In this document: piece after piece, positions 27,440 to 36,426 of the stretch
How positions within the stretch are numbered: the stretch's first letter is position 1
Layout: each line of letters starts with the position of its first letter
Source: Bacteroidales bacterium
Lineage (GTDB): Bacteria > Bacteroidota > Bacteroidia > Bacteroidales > ML635J-15
Direction: 5' to 3'
NCBI GenBank assembly: GCA_028701945.1
Contig: JAQVPT010000001.1
Span: 1 to 36,980 of the forward strand
Length of the DNA: 36,980 nucleotides
Notes under the pieces: model-generated
The model's input: the letters and a program-made list of their open reading frames with translations, nothing else
Told to the model about the DNA's origin: nothing
Databases searched by the model: none
Made by a program: the position numbers and the translations under genes

Positions 27440-28696
27440 TTATTTGAATGTAACAGGCATTTTCAAAAGCAACTCATCAATCAACATTAACAAAGCAGTA
27501 TTTGTAGTTCGGATGATATTAATTTTCCTATTATAGAAAAACAAGAAATTCTTACTAAAAGTCTTTTCAGGTGTTGCTATCCCAATCCAGACAGTGCCAA
27601 CAGGTTTATCGGGAGTTCCTCCAGCGGGTCCGGCAATTCCGCTTACAGAAATAGCATAATCTGTTTTCATAAGTTTTCTTACGCCCTGAGCCATTTCTTC
27701 TACAACTTGCGAACTAACTGCCCCATACTTTTCAATTATTTGCTTTTCTACTTTAAGTACATTCATCTTAGCCTCATAATCATAAGCAACAACACTTCCT
27801 TTATAATAAGCAGAGCTACCAGCATTTGCCACTATCATTGATGCTATTTTACCACCAGTACAACTTTCGGCAGTCGAAAGAGTTTTGCCAAGCTTAGTCA
27901 ATAAGTCACCAACAAGTTCTTCAAGATGCAAATCATCAGATGATTTAAAGTATTTAGGAATTATGCTTTTCAATTCTTCAATTTTCTTATTTACAAGTGC
28001 CAACAAATCATCATTAGAGTCGTATATACTCATTCTCAATCTCACAAATCCGGGTGTAGGTAAAAATGCTAATTTGATTTCCTTAGGCAACGAATTTTCC
28101 CAATCTGCAATTTTTTCGGCTAATACTGCTTCGGGCAAACCTGATGTAAGTATTGTTTTATGAAGGATATTTCCTAATTTGTATGTTTGTTTAATATAAG
28201 GCATAAATTCAAACTCTGTAAGATATTTCACCTCAAAAGGAACTCCTGGCATCGAAAACAAAAGTTTTTCTCCACGTCTTAACATCATACCACAGGCAGT
28301 TCCAACTTTATTTACAAATACTTGTGATTTTTCTGGCACCATTGCTTGCGAATAATTTTGTTCGTTAATTTCTATACCTCGCATACCCAAAAGTCTTTCT
28401 AAGTTCTGTAAAGCGTCAGTACTCAATACTAAGCCACAATCAAAAAGTTCACACAAAACATTTTTGGTTATATCATCATTAGTCGGTCCTAAACCGCCTG
28501 TAATAAAAATAAAATCAGAAATTATAAATAAATCGTTTATTGCAGAAATAATCTGTTCTTTATCATCACCTATCAATCTAATTTCATTAACGATGATTCC
28601 CACTTTATTTAACTCTTTTGAAAGCCACACTGAATTTGTATCAACTATTTGACCTATCAATATTTCGTCCCCAATTGCTATTATTGATGCTCGCAT
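27440..28696 (-). CDS. cinA: CinA-family protein (MoCF-binding domain plus nicotinamide-nucleotide amidohydrolase PncC domain)
   Basis: 418 aa. The N-terminus is IIAIGDEILIGQIVDTNS...ITGGLGPTNDDITK. The C-terminus has TAESCTGGKIASMI and SGIAGPAGGTPDKPVGTVWIG. Confidence 0.92.
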   Translation of the reverse strand: MRASIIAIGDEILIGQIVDTNSVWLSKELNKVGIIVNEIRLIGDDKEQIISAINDLFIISDFIFITGGLGPTNDDITKNVLCELFDCGLVLSTDALQNLERLLGMRGIEINEQNYSQAMVPEKSQVFVNKVGTACGMMLRRGEKLLFSMPGVPFEVKYLTEFEFMPYIKQTYKLGNILHKTILTSGLPEAVLAEKIADWENSLPKEIKLAFLPTPGFVRLRMSIYDSNDDLLALVNKKIEELKSIIPKYFKSSDDLHLEELVGDLLTKLGKTLSTAESCTGGKIASMIVANAGSSAYYKGSVVAYDYEAKMNVLKVEKQIIEKYGAVSSQVVEEMAQGVRKLMKTDYAISVSGIAGPAGGTPDKPVGTVWIGIATPEKTFSKNFLFFYNRKINIIRTTNTALLMLIDELLLKMPVTFK

Positions 28697-28710
28697 ATTA
28701 TTTTTTTTTG

Positions 28711-28718
28711 CAAAAGTA
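28711..28718 (-). promoter_or_regulatory. Candidate -7 box (TActTTTG on the minus strand) for cinA
   Basis: Plus-strand caaaagta lies 14 bp upstream of the cinA ATG at 28696. Confidence 0.4.
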
Positions 28719-28823
28719 AGAGTTAAATTTTGTTTTATGGTTAATAATGTTTGAATATTTAAGAAAGCAAATCTTACTCACATTCATACCGTTTGCCAAA
28801 TATGAGAAAAAAAATAAGTCGAG

Positions 28824-29144
28824 TTAGAATCTTTCATTTATGTCTTTAGTTTTATAAGTAAACTGTTTTTCAATCTCACTAATATTAAGTGTTTTTTTTA
28901 ATGTTTTTTGACTACTGATTTTTGTAGAATAATACTTTGCTTTTCGATTATACAATACTCTTGTGCGTGAAGTAAAAGCATTGTCTTTTCTGAGTCTAAC
29001 AGTATCTAAAATAGCAGATAAAGAAACACCCTTAATTTTTAGTGCAGTGTCATTTTGTTCTGGGTGCTTTACAGGCTTATTTGTCATGAAAGATATTTTA
29101 TGTAAAAGGAAATAACTTACAAAATTATTGCGAGACTTTTGCAT
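28824..29144 (-). CDS. Small ORF resembling the N-terminal Arm-type DNA-binding domain of Bacteroidota tyrosine integrases (stand-alone or remnant). It may be non-functional.
   Basis: 106 aa, or about 87 aa from the internal ATG at 29087 (MTNKPV...). The segment VSLSAILDTVRLRKDNAFTSRTRVLYNRKAKYYSTKIS resembles the (L/I)DTRR..KDG.yp..lR..ynRk.kyysTg pattern I recall from integrase N-termini. No catalytic domain follows. Confidence 0.3.
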   Translation of the reverse strand: MQKSRNNFVSYFLLHKISFMTNKPVKHPEQNDTALKIKGVSLSAILDTVRLRKDNAFTSRTRVLYNRKAKYYSTKISSQKTLKKTLNISEIEKQFTYKTKDINERF

Positions 29145-29166
29145 TATCGCAAAGAATATCCGCCCC

Positions 29167-29817
29167 CTATTTCTTCATCAATCCCAACATCGCACCCACT
29201 GCTGCTTCCGCACCTAAGCTAACTTGATAAATGTTATCGGCAAGCATATAGCAAGGATTTGTAATAATCAGGTTTTTCTCATCAACAGCGATTTCGTGAT
29301 ATTCTTTGTTTACATGAGTTGCACCTACGGATTTTATAATATCGACAGTTGTCATATCATTTCCTATTGTTACTCTTGCACCAAGAACTTTGGCAATTAA
29401 AACAGGTGCAATACAAAGTGCAGCAATTGGTTTTCTTGCTGTGTGAAATGCTTTAATAATATTTGCAATATCTTCATCTACTGTAAAATCTTCAGCTTTA
29501 AAAGCATAATTTGATAAATTTTTTGCTGCTCCAAAACCGCCCGGTAGCAGTAAACCCGAAAAACCAGAAACTTGTAATTCCTTAATATCTTTAATTTTTC
29601 CTCGTGCAATACGAGCCGACTCGACCAAAATATTCCGTTTTTCGTTAGTTACATCGCCGTTTAGATGATTAATTACGTGATACTGTTCTTTGTTGGGTGC
29701 AAAACATTCATATTCAACTTCGTTTTTCGACAAAGCAAGCATTGCCATAGTTGTTTCATGTATTTCGCTACCGTCATAAACTCCACAACCCGATAAAATT
29801 AAGGCTATTTTTTTCAT
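29167..29817 (-). CDS. elbB: DJ-1/PfpI-family glyoxalase ElbB
   Basis: 216 aa. The N-terminus MKKIALILSGCGVYDGSEIHE and the nucleophile-elbow region (ALCIAP) are typical of ElbB. Confidence 0.85.
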   Translation of the reverse strand: MKKIALILSGCGVYDGSEIHETTMAMLALSKNEVEYECFAPNKEQYHVINHLNGDVTNEKRNILVESARIARGKIKDIKELQVSGFSGLLLPGGFGAAKNLSNYAFKAEDFTVDEDIANIIKAFHTARKPIAALCIAPVLIAKVLGARVTIGNDMTTVDIIKSVGATHVNKEYHEIAVDEKNLIITNPCYMLADNIYQVSLGAEAAVGAMLGLMKK

Positions 29818-29835
29818 TTCTTTTCCATTTTTTTA

Positions 29836-29843
29836 CAAATATA
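29836..29843 (-). promoter_or_regulatory. Candidate -7 box (TAtaTTTG on the minus strand) for elbB
   Basis: Plus-strand caaatata lies 19 bp upstream of the ATG at 29817. Confidence 0.4.
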
Positions 29844-29876
29844 AAATTTTGTATCTTTAATTCCTAAAAATAGAGC

Positions 29877-29884
29877 TAATTTTG
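29877..29884 (+). promoter_or_regulatory. Candidate -7 box (TAatTTTG) for the GH13 gene
   Basis: Exact TAnnTTTG match, 22 bp upstream of the ATG at 29906. A TTTG at 29848-29851 is a possible -33 element, but the spacing is longer than the consensus. Confidence 0.4.
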
Positions 29885-29905
29885 TATGAACCTAATTGAC
29901 AATTT

Positions 29906-31591
29906 ATGCATAACTTAAAAGCTGATTTATATAAACTTTGGAAAACACTTTATCCAGAGATTTCTACGAAAACCCTAGACTCGTTTTTTAATGAGATTCT
30001 AGAACAAAAGCAAACAGCAGAAGATGTAAATTCGATATCTGATAGCCTGTGGTACAAAAAAGTGGTAGTATATTCGCTTTATGTAGATTTATTTAACAAT
30101 GATTTTGATGGATTAAGCCAAAAATTACACTATTTTCAAGATTTGGGGATAAATTGTTTGTGGCTGCTTCCAATTTTGGAGTCTCCAATGAAAGACGCAG
30201 GATTTGATATCTCAGATTATAAAAAAGTTCGCACTGACCTACTTGGTTCAAGAGGTGGTGAAGCTTTTGACGATTTTCTTAAAAAAGCCCACGAACTTGG
30301 GATTAAGGTGATTTTTGACATTGCAATAAATCATACATCAGATCAACACGATTGGTTTAAAAGATCATCACTGCCCGATAGAAATAAATATTCAAATTAT
30401 TATATCTGGAGCGATAATGATAAGGGATACTCTGATTGCCGATTGCTTTTTAAAGGAATGTGCGATAGTAATTGGGAAAAATTTAGCGAGCATAAATATT
30501 ATTTTCATAGATTTTTTGAATTTCAACCCGATCTTAATTATGAAAATCCTGATGTGTTGTTGGATATGTGTAGAAATTTTATGTATTGGATAGATAAAGG
30601 TGTCGATGGTTTTAGAGCAGATGCTATTCCATATTTGTGGAAAGAAGAAGGCACAGATTGTGAAAATCTTGATAATACACATGTAATCATTAAATTCTTT
30701 AGAAAAGTTGTAGAATTTTTAAACCCAGAGGTAATTTTACTTGCCGAAGCCTGTCAACCGCCTAAAGAAGTTGTAAAATACTTAGGACAAGGCGATGAGT
30801 GTCATGCTGGATATCATTTTCCGTTGATGCCTCAAATATATAAATCTATGGCTCTCGAAAGTCCAGAACCTATTATAAATGTTTTAAGTCCTTTGGTTAC
30901 TCCCGAAATACCCGAAAATACTCAGTGGTTTACTTTTTTGCGTTGCCATGATGAGTTGAGTTTGGAGTTAGTTTATGTTAGCGAAGAAGATCGTAAGTAT
31001 ATTCATGAAAATTATTGTCATAAGCCCGAATGGGATTTTAGAATGGGAGAAGGCATCTCGGCTAGATTAAGCGAATTATTTAAGTTCGATACAGACAAAA
31101 TTATACAGGCTTTCTCGATAATGCTGACTTTAGGAGGCACGCCAATTATCTATTACGGTGATGAATTTGGTAAACCTAACGATAAAAAATATTATACTAA
31201 ACAGATAAAATTAACAGGACATAATGACACGCGAAATTTGGTGCGGGGAAAAATAGATTGGTCAGAATTGGAAGTACAATTAAAAGATAAAAAGTCCTTC
31301 CAAAGCATTATCTTTAATAATCTTAAGAAGATGATTTCTATTAGAAATGCAAATCCAGAAATACAGGTAGGAGAGACAGAATTTATCAATCTTGGCGACA
31401 CTATTTTAGCGTATAAAAAAACAATAAATAATTCCGAAACAGTTATTTTACATAATCTATCACAGAAAAGCTATACCTTAGTACCGGAATATAAAGAAGA
31501 CTACGAATTGTTGTTCGGAAGTTTCATGGAAATTAACGACCAAATAAACTTGGGTCCGAGAAAAACTATTTGGTTAAAGAAAATATATTAG
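29906..31591 (+). CDS. GH13 alpha-amylase-family enzyme (trehalose synthase / amylosucrase-like subgroup)
   Basis: 561 aa. The GH13 conserved regions are present: DIAINHTS, GVDGFRADAIPYL (nucleophile Asp), LLAEACQ (acid/base Glu) and FLRCHDELSLE. No signal peptide is apparent. Confidence 0.85.
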   Translation: MHNLKADLYKLWKTLYPEISTKTLDSFFNEILEQKQTAEDVNSISDSLWYKKVVVYSLYVDLFNNDFDGLSQKLHYFQDLGINCLWLLPILESPMKDAGFDISDYKKVRTDLLGSRGGEAFDDFLKKAHELGIKVIFDIAINHTSDQHDWFKRSSLPDRNKYSNYYIWSDNDKGYSDCRLLFKGMCDSNWEKFSEHKYYFHRFFEFQPDLNYENPDVLLDMCRNFMYWIDKGVDGFRADAIPYLWKEEGTDCENLDNTHVIIKFFRKVVEFLNPEVILLAEACQPPKEVVKYLGQGDECHAGYHFPLMPQIYKSMALESPEPIINVLSPLVTPEIPENTQWFTFLRCHDELSLELVYVSEEDRKYIHENYCHKPEWDFRMGEGISARLSELFKFDTDKIIQAFSIMLTLGGTPIIYYGDEFGKPNDKKYYTKQIKLTGHNDTRNLVRGKIDWSELEVQLKDKKSFQSIIFNNLKKMISIRNANPEIQVGETEFINLGDTILAYKKTINNSETVILHNLSQKSYTLVPEYKEDYELLFGSFMEINDQINLGPRKTIWLKKIY

Positions 31592-31646
31592 AGACAACTT
31601 TATTAAATTAAATGCGTCATGAAATAAGACTGTAAAACCTAAAAAA

Positions 31647-34600
31647 ATGACTAAACACTTTATAATTTGCATGATAGGCATGTTTTTGAGCTTTTCCTTG
31701 CTTGCTCAAGACCAATTAAGCAGTGATTTTGATAATCCTACAGAGCTTGGAATTACAAATCATTGTCTTTATAAATCTTACACATACGATCAAACCATAG
31801 GTAGTGATATTGAATTACCCGAGTGTTATCGTATGCATCCAGGAGTTAGTTCATGGTTTAGTTTTTTAGTTCCTGACGATGGTAAAGCAACGGTTAAATT
31901 GCAATTTGATGAGGAAACATTCTTTGGTCTTGCATTTTATGTTGTTGAGAATGGCGAATATCACGAAATAAAATGTGATGTTTTCCGTAATATTGAAGCT
32001 GAATTGTATTTATATCCCGAAGAACAATATCAAAATAGAGAATTATTGGTGAGATTCTGGAAACTCGGAGAAGCAGATACTGGTAATGTAAATATTTGCA
32101 TATCGGGGGAGTCAGGTCCAAGTTTTCCAAAAGCCCTAAGTGTAAATATAAGTGCATATACACCTCAGCAACTTGTAACCGATATTCTTATTACAGGCTG
32201 CTTAACAGCATCGAATATTACTTATACTGGTTCCACAGCTTCGATAGGGTACTTTTCTAATGGAATACCAGGCCTCGATTTTGCAGACGGTGTTATTTTA
32301 TCTACTGGTAATGCTAATGAGGCTTCTGGGCCTAATCTATCAGGAAGCACTAGTGGAATTATGAGTACTAGCGGTGATGCTAATTTGAATTCTACTATTT
32401 CTGGAACTACTCAAGACGCAGCTGTATTACAATTTGATTTTGTGCCTGCATCTGATTTACTTGAATTTCAGTATGTGTTTGGTAGTGAGGAATATCCTGA
32501 ATTTGCTCCACCAAATAGCTCTACTTATAATGATGTTTTTGCTTTCTTTATTTCTGGAGGTCCTGAAAATTATAATAATGTTAACGTTGCTTTAATTCCT
32601 GGTACTACAACGCCTGTAAGTATTAATAATGTTAATGCTGTAACAAACACTTCATACTATAGAAACAATGAGAATAATCCTAATGTTCAATATGATGGCT
32701 TAACTGTAACCTTAACGGCCACTAAGCCTGTAACTGCTTGTTCTACATATCATATTAAACTTGCTATTGCCGATGTTGGTGATGGTTCTTACGACTCAGC
32801 TGTGTTTCTGAAAGCAAACTCCTTTGCATCTGGCGAAGATTACACTGTAGCCTCATTTAACTCTTGGTCTAATTCGTTATCTGTTATGAGAGGTTGTAGT
32901 AATTTTATCGTTTTCTCTAGAGCTCCTGGTTCCCCACTAAATGTGCCAGTGCCAATTGAACTTACGATTGGTGGAACAGCAACTCCTGGAGTCGATTATT
33001 CTGATATACCTACTAGTCTTGTGATACCAGCTGGAGAAACGAGTATTACTGTATATTTTGATGCATTTGATACTGGAGTCCTTCAAGGAGATGAAACAAT
33101 TATTCTTACATTTGAAAATGGATGTCCTTGTTCGTTAAGTGCTACTGACCATGTTATCACCATAGTTGATGTGTTTGATCTTGATTCTGAAATGGAAAAC
33201 GACGGTCCAATATGTGTTGGTGATGATGCTACGCTTACTATAAGTTTAAATACTCCGTTTCCTGATGATGTTAGTATAGAATGGCACACAGGGGAGCTTG
33301 ACGTAGATCAGTTAATTGTTACTCCTGATGTTACTACAACTTATTTTGCAGATATTATCTTTCCTTGTGATACAATCACTATTAGTACAACTGTTACGGT
33401 TATTGAGCTGCCAGTGGTTGATTTGGGACCAGATTTTGACGTTGCTGCACTCACAACAAATTTAACCGCAGGAATGGCTCCAGGTAATACAGGAGAGTGG
33501 ACAATTACAGGTGGTCCAGGAAATGCAAATGTTAATCCTACAAATACTTCTAACACAACCGTGGTAGTTGATATTTTTGGTGTTTATAATTTTACGTGGA
33601 CAGAGACAAGTCTTGCTCCAAATTGTGTTGCCTCTGATGATATTAATGTGAATTTTCTTCATATACCGACAGCGGATTTTGTTGCATCAAGTGTGAATTG
33701 TTTTGGCGATTATACTACGATAACATTCACAGGTGATGCAATAGATGGGTTATCAAATTTTGAATGGGATTTTGGTCCAGCAACTGTTATTAGTGGTAGT
33801 GGGCGGGGGCCATACATTCTTGATTTTCCTGATAGTGGGACATTTAATATTTCGCTCGTTGTTACTGAAAGTATTTTAACCGTTGATTATGATATAAATA
33901 TATTTGTTCCTCCACTTTTGACAGGTACAATAAGTAAAGTTGATGATCCGTGTTTTGAATCATGTAATGGAAGTGCAACTTTAAGTATTCAAGGTGGTGT
34001 TGCTCCATATTCGTATTCTTGGGGTTCATCTTCAAACCACGTTAGTAACCTTTGTGCTGGAGACTATGGAGTAACCGTTACAGACGTGAGAGGCTGTACA
34101 TTTGGAACAACTTATACTATAAATCAACCTCCTGTCCTTGAGTACGATACGATTTTTTCTAACGTATTATGTCATGGCGATTATACTGGTAATGCTGAGA
34201 TAATTGCAACAGGTGGAACTCCTCCTTATCAGGCTCTATGGAGTGATGGCTATAATTTGATGAGTCACAACGGTATATGTGCAGGAATCTATCAAGTAAC
34301 AGTTTTAGATTCGCACGGATGTTCAGTTTTTGAACAATTCAATATTACTCAGCCAAATTCTTTGCGAGTCGTAACTTCAGGTAATTTTTCAATTTGTGAA
34401 CACCAGCATGTAAACATTGCTTCGCAACCTTCGGGTGGTATCTTGCCTTATGAAATTTATTGGGATAATGGAGATGGAAGTGGATTTAATTCTGGTGCAC
34501 AAACTTTTCAAATAACTCCGCACGAAGATGTTACTTATACTGTGTATGTTGAAGATGCCAATGGCTGTATCAGTAATTTTGCAACCAGCAAAGTAATTGT

Positions 34601-36356
34601 AAGTCCTGAAATCTTTATTGATCTCACTACTGAGGACAACACTTGTTATCAATCTTGTGACGGAAAAGCAAGGGTTACTGTTACAGGTGGTTTACAGCCA
34701 TTTAGTTATTCATGGGCATCAGGCGGTCCATATGCTAATAATCTTTGTGATGGCTTATATACACTTACAATTACCGACCAAATAGGTTGTAATATCGATA
34801 CAATGTTTATTATATCAGAACCATTACCATTGCAAATGACACTTGAAACCCAAGATGCTTTATGTTCTTATAGTACTAATGGCACTTCGCAAGCAATGGT
34901 TACAGGGGGTACTCCTCCGTATAATTATGTTTGGGCAAATGCAAATAATACAAATAATCTTATAGCACCATCTGGAACTTATGGTCTCACAGTTTCCGAT
35001 GACCATAATTGCAGAATTTATGGAACTGCTAATATTAGTTCTCCTCAAATATTAAGAGTTTTACCTTTATCTAATCCTACAATTTGTATCGGAGGAGAAG
35101 CAGAGGTAATTGCTCAAGTCTCAGGTGGAATGGCTCCATATAATTTTTATTGGCATGGAACAGACGGCTCTGAAGAATTTCAACACATATTTTATGCAAG
35201 TCCAGAATCAACAACAACATACAGCTTAACTGTTACCGACAATAATGGTTGTACGGCTGCAGGTTCAAGCGTTCAAGTTAAAGTGCGTCCGCCTTTAAGT
35301 ATCGATAATATTATAAATAGTGTAAATAATGTTTGTCTTGGTTATGGTACTGATATTGAACTTGATATTAGTGGCGGAAATGGTGGTCCTTATCAAATTA
35401 CAACAAACGAAGGAGAAATCGTTGGCTCGCATTTTACTTATTATCCCGAAGAAACTATTAATCTTGTTTTTACAGTGGAAGATATGTGCGAAACACCTTC
35501 TGTTTCTGATTCAATAACGATTAATGTTTATGAAACTCCTTTTGTGAATTTTACAATTGGTGCAAATGAAGGCTGCCAAGGGCACAGAATTCAATTTAAC
35601 TCTCTTGATACTGTCGAAAATTGCGAATACGTCTGGAATTTTGGAGATGATGTGTTTGCATTTGTGAAAAACCCATCTCATGTTTATTCCGAATCAGGAT
35701 TTTTTGAAGTCGAACTTACAATAAGCGATGAGTTTGGTTGCAGCAATAGTATTATAAAGGATAGCGTCATTTTTATATATCCGCAACCTTATGCAAACTT
35801 TTCGCCTGAACCCGAAGTCGCGAGTATATTTAATCCACAAATCAAATTTATTAATTACTCTGAAAAGGCATTATTTAATTTCTGGTATTATGGAGATGGT
35901 GACTCAACTATTAATTTTAGAAGCCCTATACATACTTATGATGCAATTGGCGAATATGAAGTAATACTTGTTAGTCAAAATGAGTATGGGTGTACCGATA
36001 CCGCCAAAAGAAGTGTCTTTGTGCGAACCGAACACACTATTTATGCTCCAACTGCTTTTACGCCTAATGGCGACGGTATAAATGACTGTTTTAGGTTGTG
36101 TGGAAGTGGAATAAATAAAAATACTTTCTTTATGAAGATATATGACCGTTGGGGAGAATTGGTTTATTCAACCGAAAAATACGTTCCTGATGCTGACTGC
36201 AGCAGTTGTGGTGAAGGTTCATGGGATGGCACGAAAGGCTCGCATAATGCAGGCGACAAATACTTGCCAAATGGTATCTATTATTGGTATGCTGGATATA
36301 TTGATTCTGAACAAATAGGACACGAGCATCGGGGCAATATTCAACTGGTACGTTAA
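31647..36356 (+). CDS. Giant secreted cell-surface protein with a choice-of-anchor-L domain, SprB-type and Ig/PKD-like repeats, and a T9SS type-B C-terminal sorting domain
   Basis: 1569 aa with a signal peptide. The choice-of-anchor-L signature spans about aa 165-395 (AAVLQFDF...YVFGSEEYPEF...NDVFAFFISG...YHIKLAIADVGDGSYDSAVFL). There are at least four SprB-like repeats (C..C.G.A...v.GG..PYsY.W....lc.G.Y.vTV.D..GC), followed by PKD-like modules. The C-terminus (TAFTPNGDGINDCF...IYDRWGELVY...GIYYWY...GNIQLVR) matches the gliding-motility-associated (type B) CTD. Confidence 0.85.
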   Translation: MTKHFIICMIGMFLSFSLLAQDQLSSDFDNPTELGITNHCLYKSYTYDQTIGSDIELPECYRMHPGVSSWFSFLVPDDGKATVKLQFDEETFFGLAFYVVENGEYHEIKCDVFRNIEAELYLYPEEQYQNRELLVRFWKLGEADTGNVNICISGESGPSFPKALSVNISAYTPQQLVTDILITGCLTASNITYTGSTASIGYFSNGIPGLDFADGVILSTGNANEASGPNLSGSTSGIMSTSGDANLNSTISGTTQDAAVLQFDFVPASDLLEFQYVFGSEEYPEFAPPNSSTYNDVFAFFISGGPENYNNVNVALIPGTTTPVSINNVNAVTNTSYYRNNENNPNVQYDGLTVTLTATKPVTACSTYHIKLAIADVGDGSYDSAVFLKANSFASGEDYTVASFNSWSNSLSVMRGCSNFIVFSRAPGSPLNVPVPIELTIGGTATPGVDYSDIPTSLVIPAGETSITVYFDAFDTGVLQGDETIILTFENGCPCSLSATDHVITIVDVFDLDSEMENDGPICVGDDATLTISLNTPFPDDVSIEWHTGELDVDQLIVTPDVTTTYFADIIFPCDTITISTTVTVIELPVVDLGPDFDVAALTTNLTAGMAPGNTGEWTITGGPGNANVNPTNTSNTTVVVDIFGVYNFTWTETSLAPNCVASDDINVNFLHIPTADFVASSVNCFGDYTTITFTGDAIDGLSNFEWDFGPATVISGSGRGPYILDFPDSGTFNISLVVTESILTVDYDINIFVPPLLTGTISKVDDPCFESCNGSATLSIQGGVAPYSYSWGSSSNHVSNLCAGDYGVTVTDVRGCTFGTTYTINQPPVLEYDTIFSNVLCHGDYTGNAEIIATGGTPPYQALWSDGYNLMSHNGICAGIYQVTVLDSHGCSVFEQFNITQPNSLRVVTSGNFSICEHQHVNIASQPSGGILPYEIYWDNGDGSGFNSGAQTFQITPHEDVTYTVYVEDANGCISNFATSKVIVSPEIFIDLTTEDNTCYQSCDGKARVTVTGGLQPFSYSWASGGPYANNLCDGLYTLTITDQIGCNIDTMFIISEPLPLQMTLETQDALCSYSTNGTSQAMVTGGTPPYNYVWANANNTNNLIAPSGTYGLTVSDDHNCRIYGTANISSPQILRVLPLSNPTICIGGEAEVIAQVSGGMAPYNFYWHGTDGSEEFQHIFYASPESTTTYSLTVTDNNGCTAAGSSVQVKVRPPLSIDNIINSVNNVCLGYGTDIELDISGGNGGPYQITTNEGEIVGSHFTYYPEETINLVFTVEDMCETPSVSDSITINVYETPFVNFTIGANEGCQGHRIQFNSLDTVENCEYVWNFGDDVFAFVKNPSHVYSESGFFEVELTISDEFGCSNSIIKDSVIFIYPQPYANFSPEPEVASIFNPQIKFINYSEKALFNFWYYGDGDSTINFRSPIHTYDAIGEYEVILVSQNEYGCTDTAKRSVFVRTEHTIYAPTAFTPNGDGINDCFRLCGSGINKNTFFMKIYDRWGELVYSTEKYVPDADCSSCGEGSWDGTKGSHNAGDKYLPNGIYYWYAGYIDSEQIGHEHRGNIQLVR

Positions 36357-36426
36357 TCTTGTTGGAATGAAGTCGATTACATAGGGTTTGTTAAATAACT
36401 GATTTGTTGTTTGACAATCCTATAGC

